A DNA stretch of 64,000 nucleotides from NCBI RefSeq assembly GCF_009914755.1, contig NC_060926.1. The stretch is one strand, 5' to 3'. The stretch is from the human T2T-CHM13v2.0 reference genome, Homo sapiens. Below, one piece after another: positions 1-13,766 of this stretch. The notes beneath the pieces are model-generated. The model did no database searches. It had not been told where the DNA came from and worked only from the letters and a program-made list of their open reading frames with translations. Position 1 is the stretch's first letter, and each line of letters starts with the position of its first letter. The position numbers were made by a program, and so were the translations under genes.

Positions 1-99
1 CAAAGTTTTACATCTCTCATAGAGTTATTTTGGGGGGAGTGGTTTCTTATTCTGTGAAAGAATTTGATAATTCATCAAATTTGAAAATAATCCGGGCTT

Positions 100-520
100 G
101 GCGAGTAAACTATTTAATTAGCTTAATTGTTTAAAGCCTAGGCTTTTCTTTTCATGTTAGTTTAAGTAAATTGTATTTTTCTAGGAATTTATTCATTTGG
201 TTTTGATTTTATTGGTATAAGTTTTTATGTGTACTATTCTATCATTACCTTTTTAACTTCTGCTAGATCTGTAGTTGTGTCTCATTTGTCATTCCTAAAA
301 TGCCTTCTTATGCTTTCTCCTTTCTTTGTTGTTGTTGCTCAGTCTCATTCAGATGTTTGACTGGTTTATTGTTATTTTTCAAACAACTGATTTTTCCCTT
401 TGATCCTTTGTGTCATACCTTTCTTTTCTATTTCATTGATTTATGCTCATGAATGTATTGTCTCCTATATTATACTTTTAGAGAGCTTGTTATGCTTTTT
501 TCTTTTGTGTATTTTTTAAT
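100..520 (-). mobile_element. Ancient L1 (L1M) ORF2 fragment
   Basis: T-rich sequence with antisense L1 motifs (ttctaggaatttattcattt, ctagatctgtagttgtgtctc, ttttctatttcattgattt). Confidence 0.6.
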
Positions 521-1909
521 TATTATTTTTTTGAATGAGATTATTGGTCCCTCAAACCAAAAGTATTGAACTAGTTTCTAAGGAAACTATTCATTAGAAA
601 ATAGAATCTCACAATCCTGATTAAACACATGGAAAACACAGTAAATGACGGCCTGGGATTCTTTATAGCCATTGGGATGACGTGAAATTGAGAAATCTGT
701 TACCTGTCTTTTTTTTTCCTTTTTTTATTGCTGCTCAGGACCCTGTTTATTCAAACTGTGGTCCATCTTAAAGCTTGAAAACACGAGCTCCTACATGTTA
801 GGACTGTTTCACTGGAGTCTCTGTTAGTTTAAATGTCTCCATTTGTCTTCATACTAGAGCTAGTGGGTCTTCCTAATATTTCTAGCTGTTGAGTAGGACG
901 TTTACAGTATGGTTAGCTTTTTCCTCCAATGTATTAGTTTGAAAATTGTCCAACATATTAAGGAGTTGAAAGAATAGTACGACTCCCCACCAGAATCAGT
1001 TCCATCCTTGCAGGAAACTTGTTCCCCAACTGGCCACAAATCATCTGCCCTTTCGTTTCTTTTTCAGATAGCAAAGCAGGGCTTGATTCCATCATTTTGG
1101 AAGCACGACACGCTCTCACCCATATGCAAATCTATATCCCTAGCACATTTTCCAGCACAGAGTTGAGATGTGCCAAAGGCAGTATTCCAAATGTAAATAT
1201 TTGGAAAGTTCCAGTCCATTTATTTTTGTCTCAGTTATTAACCTCCAAAACAGTGTACATCTGTCTCCCACACATCTAGGTTTTACTGATTCAGTCCCTG
1301 TGTTTATCTACTTAAATCCCGAAACTTTACTTACTCTGACTTTATATGAAGGAAAGCCTTTGTCATCAACGTGTTTTCAGCACTCACTGTGTACCGGGCA
1401 CTTCTCTAAGCATTGGTGATCAGCAGTTACTAGGGGCTCTGTCTTCATGGAGTCTGCACTCCGAGAGCAGTAGGATGGTAGGCATAGTGACAGCCCTGAG
1501 AAAGGTACTCTTGAGCAGGTGGGGACCTGAGGAAAGATGGGCTGAGAACTTCCTGGTACCCTTAAATCCCTCCAGTGGGCACCCATTTGTCCGCACAGTA
1601 ACTACCCCTCATTTCGGCCTGGAAGGAGTCAGTCATGGTACTGAAAAGCCTCCATGGGACGAGGTAAGGCAGATGGAGCATGGCAGGGAGAGGAGCCCTG
1701 AAAGGAAGTGGCTTTGAAAGGGGGTTGTACCTGGCTCTGCAGATAGCCCCATTCAGCTCTGGCTTGTCCCTGCAAGGGTTGTCTCTCTTCCTCCTGCATG
1801 GTAGCCTGCCACTGGGGCCCCTCCCACTCTCATCAGCCTGTGGACCTTTAGGAGGTGGTGGTAGATGTCCAGGAAAGTCAAGATTTTGCCTTGCACCCAA
1901 CGTGTTTTT

Positions 1910-2910
1910 CTACATTATGCTGTAAAATTTACAAATATTCAGCAAAGTTGAAATAATTTTACAGGAAGCATTTATGTACAAACCATGGAGATTCTATTAA
2001 CCTATTACTGTACCTGCCATATCACTATCATATCTATGGATCTGTGTATGGAACTCACCCATCCATTCACCTTCTCTTTTTGATCCATTTCAAAATAAAC
2101 TGTAGACATCAGCACATTTCTAAATAATTTAGCATGAGCGTCATTAACTACAGTTACATATTTAGTTATAGTTCTTCTTATGTTGAATTTACGTACAATA
2201 AAATGCACAAATCTTAAGTGTACATTCACTGAGTTTTGACACATGCATAAACCTATGTAACCAAACTCATATTAAGATACAGATCATCACTCCAGAAAGT
2301 TCTTTCATGCGCCTTCTTGGTCAATCTCACTACGCAGATACAGCCACTCTTCTGATATTTTCCCACCACAGATTAGTTTTTCTATACTAGAACTTCACAT
2401 AAACAGAACCAGGCAGTATGTACTCTTTTGTAGCTGCCTCGTGAAATTGGCATAATACTTTTTGACATTCACCCATGTTGTTGTGTGTATTAGTTTGTTT
2501 CTTTTCATTATTGTAGTATTTTACTTTATGGATATAGTAGAATCATTCTCTTATGGATGAATAGACACCTGGGATGTTTGCTGTTTTTCACTTCTGTGAG
2601 TAGAACCGCTATGAGCATTCTTGTATAACCTTTTTTGTGAGCATATGTTTTTATTTCTCTTAGGCAATTAGTAGGAGTGAAACTGCTAGATCATAGGGTA
2701 TGTGTTCATTTATTTTTATCAGAAACTGTGACAACATTTTGCAAAGAGATTTCACCATTTTACACTCCCATCAGCAAGCATGAGAGTTCTGGTTTCTCCA
2801 GATCCTGGGCAACACTTGATGTCAGTGTACTTAATTGTAGTCATTCTGGTGGATGTATAATGCTACCTCACTATGGTTTCCGTTTGCATTTCCCTGATGT
2901 CTAATGATAC
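1910..2910 (-). mobile_element. L1ME-like 3' end fragment
   Basis: aaaatgcacaaatcttaagtgtacattc...gagttttgac, gacattcacccatgttgttgtg, ttttacactcccatcagca, tttgcatttccctgatg. Confidence 0.75.
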
Positions 2911-3649
2911 TTATTTTAATTTAATTTAAACTTTATTTAAAAATAGAGTCATTTGGATCTTCTTGTAAAATACACAGTTACAAGGAGGTTGCCTTTAGCA
3001 ATGTTTCTATTTTTAAAGAAAGTCTGCACACTCTACTGCACTGGGCAGGCTCCTAGACCTACATGACATGTGACTCACATGACTCAGCGAGTGGGTGAGA
3101 TCCCCTTCCTGCAGCACGTGCAGTTCACAATCTCAGGTGGACAAACATGTTCTACAGTCTGAATTCCAGGGAAGCTAATTTCCAATATCAGCCCCTGGAA
3201 TGACTAAAACATACTTTTCAATAATATATGAAAGCTTTTTACATCTTTCATTAAATAGACTGAGGCAGAAACCCAAACTTCTTAAAGCCCAGATTCAGAA
3301 TAAACATTGACATCTTTTAAATGTCCCGGTAATTGGCATGTAAATACTTTCCTCTTCCCTGTCTAAATGGAGGGTGATTATTAATTCAGCACTTGGCATC
3401 TCAAAAGCACTGCGTCAATTGCTTCTTAACGTTTCTCTCGTGCCTTCTGATTGAGCAACAACAGCCACTTGGGTTTTTTTTTTAGTTAATATGAATTTAA
3501 GTTATTTGAGTCTTGTAATAACTTACTTCCTCAGGAAGTGGGGAAAGGGGAGGGCAAGAGGTGGCTGTGCTATGGGAAACCCTAAGTGTGAATTAACCCT
3601 TCCCCTGGTTGTCTAGGTTATCTAAAGGTTCATGGTGGGTCCATAAAAT

Positions 3650-4075
3650 TGGCATGAAATAGAGTTTCATGATGAAAAGCTCACGAGCTTTTAATTGTGA
3701 ACTTGGTTGTTTTGAGTCTGTGCTTACCTCTCTTAACTCCTCTGTGCCTCAGTTTCCTCATTTGCCAAATGGGAAAGATGGGAATTGCTGCCTGCTGAAG
3801 AAAGCTACCATCTCTGTAGCACATCCTCCCCTGTGCTTGCACACAGCCCTATCACTTCCCTCCAGGGTGCCTCTTGCTTTAAATGCTGATGTTCCCCAAC
3901 AAAACCTGAGCTTGACTGAGTTCTGCCTGTGTGACCTTGAGCAAGTTACCAAATCTTGCTAAGCCTCAGTTTCCTAAACTCTACATTGGATAATTATAGT
4001 ATTCTAGAATTATCGAGAAAATTGAATAATTCACAGCAGATAATGAACACAATTCCTGATATATAATATATTTAA
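3650..4075 (+). mobile_element. Two MIR fragments (~3650-3790 and ~3900-4075)
   Basis: MIR core ctctgtgcctcagtttcctcatt and gtgaccttgagcaagttac...gcctcagtttcct. Confidence 0.7.
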
Positions 4076-4221
4076 TAAGTATTATTAATTGATAAATATT
4101 TTGTAATGATATATTTGATTATTAATATCCAATTATAATAATTATAATAAATGCCCAGCAGTGGTTATTATAAACTCACTTGATAGAGCTGTATAGTGGT
4201 TGAGTTATTATTATAAACTCA

Positions 4222-4638
<417 letters not shown>

Positions 4639-4926
4639 CTATGTAAAATATTGAACACTACTTATAATACAATAGTAAGTGGAAAAATTAGGAAACCAAA
4701 TCATCTCTATACCACAAGGACAACCACCTAGAATAAACTAGAGCTAAGATTACCGAAAAGAATTATGAATACAGTCAGTGAGAGATGGGATGGGGAGATT
4801 ATGTCTATTGACACTATTTTTCTACAGAAAAAAATAGTTTTAAAAAACAAACCTACTCTATTTCTTTCAAATGAAATTCTTGGTGAGGCCAAAATAATAA
4901 TGATGCTCACCGTGATTTTCTTTCAG

Positions 4927-5038
4927 TTTCCTGGCATTTAACATGGACACAGTTGATGATCTCGCCTTTCTGTTGAAAGCAGTGAAATTTCGTGAAAGGG
5001 TTCTTCAGCGGGGTTTGGTGGCCAGAATTTATTATAAG
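4927..5038 (+). CDS. ACOXL: Internal coding exon of acyl-CoA oxidase-like protein (112 nt, phase 2 in / phase 0 out)
   Basis: Polypyrimidine acceptor gattttctttcag| and donor AAG|gtaaag. Translates (T)[37 protein letters not shown] without stops and joins in frame to 40685. Peptide recognised from memory as ACOXL. Confidence 0.93.
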
Positions 5039-6807
5039 GTAAAGATACACTGTGTTATATTTTTCCTTTTGACATGTGTTTAAGGGATATCCTTGCTGGT
5101 GAACTATCTGTTAAGTTTAGTAGAGGATGAGTCAGCCTAATGACAAGCTCCTGGAAGCGGCTAGAGTTCCTACGGGCCATTTTGCATGATACCGTTGCTT
5201 GCTCTAGAGGCCAGGATGCTTCTGTTTAACCCCCTTTATGTCATCTTGTAGAATTCCACCTGCAGGCATCATGTGGCTGCCATGGGAGTTGATGAGTGGT
5301 GTAATTTTCAGCCCTTATCAAAGTTGAAAAATCATTGTTTTATGTGTATAAAGAGTACATCGTTCTCTAAGACAGGGAGGGGAACTGCCTCAGGCATATG
5401 TAAAAATTAACATTGGGTTAGTCTAAGATGCATTCTGTCTCCTATTAAAATACCTGTAAAGCTCTGCAAAAGCATAAAACCTTGTGTCAGCATTGATAGA
5501 AATCTAGAGGAAATTTCCACCAAGTACAGTGCCAGTGGGGTTAGTTTGAGGGATCACTGTCCACCCTAGCAATATCTGTTTCATCTTCTGATCCGGCACA
5601 GATTAGCCAATGGAACCCCAGGAGAAGGCTTTACTGCTCCTATTCTATGTCCAGGCCAGGGGCTCAGGGCTACCATAACAAGAGTCCAGGTTGCTTCTCT
5701 CCTTCTGCATGGGAATTAGGTTCCAAGCCAGCCAGAATTGGATTCCTGCAATTCTCCCCTTCCAGTTCACCCCTTTTTATATGAATTTCAAGGTCATGTC
5801 TCCTAGTACAACACAGCAGGGGTAGAAGGGAAGAGGATGGATGGTACATGGGAATGGGTATTCTCTTAGGAAATGCTTTGGAAACAGAAGTGCCCTGGAA
5901 GCAGAAAGCAGCCAAGATCCACCCTCGTGGAACAAAGCCACACTGGATGAGAACCTGCAGGAAGCCAGGCTAGGAATTGTGTAAATCAATTTTTCCCCCA
6001 GGCGCAGATCTGAGGTGAGGCTGTGCCAGACCCCACAAACGCATTCAGTTGGGTTTAAATCACTCCACATATCCTCCACATATCAAACATGGAGCCAGCC
6101 AAAATAAGAGATGGATATATCCAAAAGGAAAAATGCTACAGCTGCGGTGAAGAGCAGAATTAACAAGGGAGAAAATGCAATCTGTAAACTGTTTTCGAAG
6201 ACTATAGAAGAAAAGGCTAAAGACAAAACGATAAGAGAAGAAAACAGAAGCAGAGTGAAATGATAGAAATCTAACCTATGGATAACAAATATTCCTGGAA
6301 GTGCTGGGACAAAAGGAGCAGAAATAATAATCACAGACATAGTAGAAAAAGAATTTCCTTCATTTCCATTATGCTAATGGAAAAAAAAAGACTTATACTT
6401 AGACATAGATGAAAAATCTAGAATAAAGAGAACAGAATGTGAGCAACAAGACAGAAAATAATAGCTTACTCAAAAACAGAAAAAATTAGGCTAGCTGCTG
6501 TCATTCACTAGCTCCAAATGGAGTAATAAGTACTCCTCTAAAGAGGAAACTTCATGATCTAAGCATAATATTCCAAGCCAAATTTAATCCCTGAGTACAG
6601 CCAATGGAAAGATATTTTTAGATATCTAAGAATCAGAAGCAATTTCACTAATATAGCCTTCCTTAAAAAGTTATCTTAAAATTTACTCCATAGGACACAA
6701 AAAAGAATCAAAATGAATAACTCTAAAATAAGGAAGTCAAGATATAAAAAGATTGGCGGTCCCTGTGAAGCCAATACTATATGTTTTTAAAAAACAGTCA
6801 CGAAATT

Positions 6808-7096
6808 GGCTGGGCGTGGTGGCTCATGCCTGCAATTCCAGCACTTCGGGAGGCCAGGGCAGGCGGATTGCTTGAGCTCAGGAGACCAGCCTGGGCAACA
6901 TGGCAAAATCCCATCTCTACAAAAAATACAAAGAAATTAGCCAGGTGTGGCAGCACATTCCTGTAGTACCAGCTACTGAGGAGGCTGAGGCAGGAGAATC
7001 TCTTGAGCCTGGGAGTCAGTGGTTGCAGTGAGCCAAGATCACACCACTGCACTCCAGCCTGGGCAACAGAGAGAGACCCTGTCTCAAAAAATAATA
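6808..7096 (+). mobile_element. Alu (AluJ-type)
   Basis: ggctgggcgtggtggctca...gagaccctgtctcaaaaa; AluJ-like ttgcttgagctcagg and cctgggcaaca. Confidence 0.95.
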
Positions 7097-8070
7097 CGGA
7101 AGCTAAAAATATTTTTTTTTTGGAAAAAAACATGATTTTTTAAAAAACTTGATAAACTGGTTCTGTAATAGTCTATACGAATTTTTAAGGTAAGATGAAA
7201 GACAAAGTAAAAACATACTGAATTTCTTACATTAATTACAGGGTAAGCAAAAGACCTTGTTTTGTTCTGACTTTAGTAATTAGAGAAACATAGGTTAAAA
7301 TATATGTTTTATTAAATTGAAAGCTAACATAACTACTGAACACAGAATGCTTGTTTTCCAAATCACTGCAGCAGACAAAGCAGTGAAGATAAACAAGTGG
7401 TCAGAAGTTTGTGTAATCAGAGCAAAGCAAAGAACAAATCAGAAAGCATGTTCTCAGAAGACTCAAAGACACTCCAGTGCGGCTCCTTTAAGTGAACCCA
7501 CAGCAAGGCCAGGAGAGCTGTTTAAAAAGTTCCCACTGCGAATTGCGCCTTGGTTTGAGAATTTCTCCGGGATTGCTTCCCTAAATCTGTTTCCCATTAA
7601 TTGTGATATCCCCTTTGTCTCTTCTAATTTGGCTCAACTCAAGACCCCTCTCTCTGGCCCCAGAAGATTAATGCTTTGATCTTGAACTGAGTTGATCTGG
7701 TAATTCCTTGAAAACAACATTTCCATTACAATATGATCCCTTAAGCAGTGGAGAGGCAGCTTTTGATACATTTTCATCCTAGAGAGCCTTAAATCCCTCC
7801 AGCTCCCACCTCTGGAAAGTGGGGGATTAGATTTAAAATGGGCTATAATATGAAATGAAAGAGGTTTCAATCCTCCTAGTAAAAGCACAGACTCTCAGAT
7901 TAGATTAGATTACACATTGTGTATAGAAACAAATCTAATTATATGCATTGATGTATAACTATACACATCAAAACAAAAAATGATATTTTAAAAGATTTTC
8001 AAAAGTAAACAATGAGTAAATGTGTGTTGGGAAACAGCAAGATATTTTCAGATATCTGTCAAAAGGTTGT

Positions 8071-8456
8071 TATATTAGTTAGTTGGGGCTGCCATGACAA
8101 AATACCACAGACAGAGTGCCTTAAACAACAGAAATTTATTTTCTCACAGTTCTGGGGGCTGGAAGTTCAAGATCAAGGTTCCCAAAGGGTTGGTTTTCTT
8201 TGAGCTTCTCTCCTTGGTTTGTAATGGCCGCCCCGCTTGCTACCTCTCATGGCCATCCATCCATGCACCCACACCCCTGGTGTCCTTCTTCTTATAAGAA
8301 TACTGTCGTATTGCATTAGGGCCCCACTCTACAGCTTCATTTTAACTGAATCACCTCTTTCAAGACTCCCATCTCTTAAATATGGTCACATCCTGAGGTA
8401 CTAGGAGTTGGGACATCAATGTTTGAATTTAGAGAGACATAATCCAGCCACTACCA
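8071..8456 (-). mobile_element. MaLR solo LTR (MLT1A/B-like)
   Basis: tattagtt...ggctgccatgacaaaataccacagac...ttaaacaacagaaatttattttctcacagttctgg; approximate TSD gttgt/gttgg. Confidence 0.85.
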
Positions 8457-9507
8457 GTTGGCAATATTAATCTTATCAAAAGCATTAACCAGAAAGGCAA
8501 AATGATGACCTCATAACCATGAGCCTGTATGTGCCAAATACATTTTGTCCTCCAAGATGGACCCCCAAGAATCCCACCTCCTGATAGTCACAGCCTTGAG
8601 TGTCTTCTCCATGCTGTACCAGAGTTGGTCTGTGTGACATACAGCAGAAATAATGGCATGTTGCTTCCAGATAAAATACATTATGACTTCCATCTTGGTC
8701 ACTCTGTTGCACTCTCTCTCTTTATCTCTAATCACTCTGGGCAAAACCATGTCATAAGAATGCCCTATGGGAAGGCCCAGGTGTCAAGGAACTGAAGCTT
8801 CCTGCCCACAACCACATGAGTAACCTTGGAAGTGTACCCTGCAGCTCCAGTCACAGCTTCAGAGACTGCAAGCATGGGACAGTCAACACTCGCTGCAACC
8901 TCATGAGAGTCCCTGAGCCAGAACCACACCATCAAGCAGCTTCTGGATTCCCAGGCTTCAGAAACTGTGTGCATAATGAACACTTGGTGTAATCCACTAG
9001 GTTTGGGGCAGGTTGTTGCACAGCAGCAGATACCTAATCCAGATTTGGGCACCCAAAAGTTGGGTGCTGACATAACAAAAGCCTAAATGGGAGTGTGGGT
9101 TTGCACCTATGCAGTTAGCTTTGAGAAGAGTCCTAGTAGAAGCCTAAAGTACCTTGACGAAATTATTACCAGAAACCTTTATGATCTTAACCTGTGGGTG
9201 AGGACTTGTAGGAAAATGAGGTAAAAATTATTGGAAACTGGAGGAGGGGGATCCTTGTTACGTAGTGGCATAGCTGTAGCCACACTGTTGCCTGAAGTTA
9301 TGTGGAAAGTAGAAAATGTACCCAATCAATGAAGTGATCTAGCAAAGGAGATGTCCATCCCGCAAGTTGAAGGTGCTGCCTGCCTTCTTATTGTGGCTTT
9401 CAGTGATGTGCAAGAAGAGAGAGAGAATCTCAAGGAAAGAGCTTTTAATATGCAGGACCTGGCAGTTAATATGGTTTTGAAGATCCCTGAGCTCTTCATA
9501 TGGTCAA

Positions 9508-9966
9508 TGTGTTCATTTCTGAGGGCTTCTGTGACAAACCACCACAGACTAGGTGGCTTAAAACAACAGAGATTTATTTTCTCACAACTTTGGAGACCAG
9601 AAATCTGAAATCATGGTGGCAGCAGGGCCCTGCTCCCTCTGAGACCCTGGGTAGAATCCTTCCTTGCCCTTTCTGGCTTCTGGTTGCTACTGGCAATGCT
9701 TGATATTCCTTGGCTTGCAGCCGCATCTCTCCAGGCTCCCCCTCTGTCATCACATGACATACCCATGATATCTCCCCATAAGTCTCTGTTGTCTCTTCCG
9801 CTTATCAGGGCACTAGTCATATTGGATCAGGACCCACCCTAATTACCTCATTTTAACTTGATTAGCTCTGCAAAGACCCTATTTCCAAATAAGGTCACAT
9901 TCACAGGTACCAGGGCTTAGTACTTCAACATGTCCTTTTGGAAGACACAGCTTAACCATATCAGCA
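9508..9966 (-). mobile_element. MLT1C-like solo LTR nested in the provirus internal region
   Basis: acaaaccaccacagactaggtggcttaaaacaacagagatttatt...ctgcaaagaccctatttccaaataaggtcacattcacaggtac. Confidence 0.85.
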
Positions 9967-10423
9967 GACAGTGCTAAAATTAAAAAATTAAAATGGCTTC
10001 AGAGCAGAAGTATAATCCAGGACCCTCCCAGAAATGCGTAATCTAAGGATGAAGCCCAAGGCATGACTGTAAAATTCTTTAAGAACCGAAAAAGATTAAA
10101 GGTAAGTCTTAAGTCATGCAAAAGGCCTTCTGAGTTTACAAGTATGTCTTTCAGACTCTCTCAATTATACAATAAAGCTCCTAGGAAGCTTGAGGGCATC
10201 CTCTGTCAGCCTTCTCAACACCCCCAAGGGCCTATGTCAAAGAGATTTGTGGGTGTGGCTTTTGTCTAATGGAATAAACCTCCCCAAAGATTCACAGGAA
10301 ATGCACAAAGTTTCTAAGAGAATTATATCAGGCAAAGATCTTTTGGCTTGTGCTGAAAGGTACAGAGACAATACAAAATGAATAGAGCCACTAAGCTTCT
10401 GCAATCAGGGAACAAGTGGAGAA

Positions 10424-10470
10424 AAACAAAACAAAACAAAACAAAACAAAACAAAACAAAACAAAAAAAC
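10424..10470. repeat. (CAAAA)n microsatellite
   Basis: About 8 tandem units of aaaac. Confidence 0.95.
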
Positions 10471-11826
10471 CCTAGCTATAAACAAGTGCTCCTTTCATTA
10501 AAAAGTCAGGATGCCTCAGAGGGAAGAAGCAAGAACCCAGAGGGTGGAGCCAAGGGTCACAGAGAATCAAACCACCTGGGTGTGCATAGGACTGTGCCCT
10601 TATTAAGGAACTTCCAACATTTGCTCAACTGGATGTCAGAATTTATATGGACCACTGATTCCTGCATTATTCCCATTTTCCTCATTTTGGAGTAAGAGTG
10701 TATATAACAGTTATCCTGTCCCGTCCCACCATTATATATTGGAGGACAGATAACTTGTCTCCTTAGTTAACAGCCTTCAAAGGGAGAGGATCTGTACTTA
10801 AGGAATAACACCTGAGGAGCCTTATTTGCACCTAGACTGAATTTAGATGAGGGGATTCTGGACTGTGAGCTGATACCATAATGAGGTGAAACTTTTGTGG
10901 GCCTTGGAAGTGTATGTTTTTAGAGGAATGTGAATCATTAAGGATGATTAGGATGGGCTATGATGGCCAAGCTCCAAGACAGTCTTCAACGATCCCTGCC
11001 TCCTGTAGTCACGCCCTCATGGAGTGCCCACATTATATCGTTGAAATTGTCTTAGTCTCTGTCTCTCTGTCTCTGTCTTTCTCTCTCTCTCTCTCTGGAA
11101 GCCATGTCATGAGCAGCCCATGTTGCAAATAACTGAAACTTATGAATGCACTTGGAAGTGTTTCCTGTAGCCCTAACCAAAGCTTCAGAGACTGCAAGCC
11201 TGGGACAGACAGCCAGCAACTGGACTGTCATCTCATGAGAGAATCTGAGCCAACCATGCAACCAAGATATGCCCAGGTTCCTAACTCTCATAGACTGTGA
11301 GATGATAATTTTTTTTATTTTAAGATGCTAAATTTTGGGATAATTTGTTATATAGCAATAGGTAACTAATATAACATCCAAAAACAAACAAACAAAAAAC
11401 TGTTCAAAAGTTTTGGCATTGATATACACATTTTTGAAGCAAAATATAAAGAGGAATTGCAATATTTTTCAACCAATATTTCCATTTAATAATATAATGT
11501 GGTTATCTTTCTATGTCAATAAAAACATGATTGCATGAGGTTCTGATGCTTCTATGTTTTTAGTTATATGGACAATGTCATAATGAATATCCTTAACAGT
11601 ATGGCTTTCAGACTTTACATGCTACAAAATTGTTCTTTATAAATGTTGAACTAAATTGTACTTTTCCAGCATGGTATTAGGGTCCACATTTCTCCACTAA
11701 CACTTTATTTCTCCAACTTTCTAAGTTTTTACCGTTAGGGTTTAGGAGTCTATCATCTTCTTTTCATATTTTCATTTTATTTTTTTCCCATTCCCCCTAC
11801 CCTCCATATTTTTTATTTTATTAATA

Positions 11827-12040
11827 CAGGTTGAATGCTTGGGACAAGAAGTGTTTCCAATGCAGATTTTTTCTGACTTTGGAATATTTGCGTTATACTT
11901 GTGAGCATCTCAAATCTGAAAATCTGAAATCCAAAATGCTCTAATGAACATTTTCTTTCAGCATCATGTCAGTGCTGAAAAACTTTTGGATTCTGAAGCA
12001 TTTCAGATTTCATATTTTTGGATTTAGGATGTTCAATCCG
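11827..12040 (+). mobile_element. Tigger4a/MER46A-like DNA transposon
   Basis: TA-CAGGTTGA start, repeated ctgaaaatctgaaatccaaaatgctc motifs, ends ggatgttcaatccg-TA. Confidence 0.85.
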
Positions 12041-12317
12041 TATTAGAAAAATAGGTCCATTGTAAAATATCTACCTTTAATTTTATTTTCAGCATGAAAT
12101 TAGAAGCTCTCTGGTACTTCTTAAATATTCAGAAATATTTTCTGCTTATAGTTGTTCTCTGTCAGAGACCAAATCATTCATTTTTTCCTGTGTGTATTTT
12201 CTGATTTCAAGAGAAGAAAACATTTACACACACATGAGTAAGTTTCCCAAACATAAAATAAACGTTAGGCATGTGGGGTGGTGAACAAAATTCAAGGGTT
12301 TTAGAATCACTGGACTA

Positions 12318-12672
<355 letters not shown>

Positions 12673-13766
12673 TCAGTTCTCACATCTGTAATTTGGGAAA
12701 ACAAGAGTAGGTTATGATACAAATTTGTTACAAGGATGTATTAAGATAAAATGTATTTTAAAAAGCACTAAACATTATAAACCTTGCACTCGTGTTAAAT
12801 ATCTTGGTTACTACCATTAATGTAACCATTTTTATGGTCAATTCAAATAAATATTCATTAAGCACAGATAGTTTTCTAGGGCCTGGAAGGGGAAGACCAC
12901 AAAGATTTTGAAAATATGCTCTTGCCTTAAGATAAGTCCACCTCTGGTTTTAGCCCAAGGCAAAATAAAAGATATGATAAATTAAGGCAAAACCTACGAA
13001 CTTAGAGGAAAGAATATGGACTTCTACATTCTAGTTTGTATTTTTGGCCCGGCTTTTTGCTCAGCTAGCTGTATATTGGCTCATGTCTACCTGCATTAGT
13101 TTGGTGTATCTTGACATAAAATGATTCTGTTTAGCAATTTGAACATCTGACCCAAACAGAGTCTGGGCAATAGTCTTTGGACAGTGTCCAAGAGAGGGTG
13201 ATTTCATCTAGAATTCTGAGATCTTCTAAAAATAACCCTGTGATTTAGTTCAGAATCTTTAAATTAAAAAGGCAAAAACACAAGTGGGTTTTCTCAGAAC
13301 CCTGCTTTTCAGCTTTCTAGTAATGGTCTTTAATTTTCTTCAAAAGCACATTTTTACTTTAGAGATGCTTGGCCAACCCTTCTAGGCACATGGGAAGCCC
13401 ATCTGCCCCTTACTCGGGAGCAAGTGAGAAGGGCTAGCAATCCAAGGTCAAAGTTGGAGAGTCGAGAAGACCATTGAGTTCTCATGAAAGAATAAGCCTT
13501 TGCAATCATTTGATAATGCATTCCCCTGCTTGGTGTAGCCAGAATTTCACTTAAAATGGAGCCAGGAAATGCCCTTCCTTCAATGTGTTGGTGGCCATGG
13601 AAGGAGTCCAGCCCCCTTGCTTCCCTTGCTTGCCCCACTCTCTGGTTTTCCAAAATCTTGTTGCAAACAACTCGTCATTACAGTTGCTGCATGATTTCGA
13701 CATCAGTGGGAAGAAAAAATAAACCAATAAACAATGGCTTGTCATCCAGGAACCAATAGGAAAAGG

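Larger units (their letters stand above)
6080..8535 (+). mobile_element. Fragmented ancient L1 (ORF1 relic into start of ORF2), interrupted by Alu, an unassigned segment and an MLT1 LTR
   Basis: A-rich ORF1-like sequence 6080-6760; endonuclease-start-like caatcctcctagtaaaagcacagactctcagatt near 7870; resumes after the LTR at ~8457. Confidence 0.55.
8540..11375 (+). mobile_element. MaLR provirus (older MLT1, F/G-like): LTR ~8540-9041, internal region ~9042-10955, LTR ~10956-11375
   Basis: Two same-orientation homologous LTRs share gcttcagagactgcaagc.tgggacag and tctcatgagag..tgagcca and end in gca..agntanctaat. The internal region starts gatttgggcacc. Confidence 0.75.
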
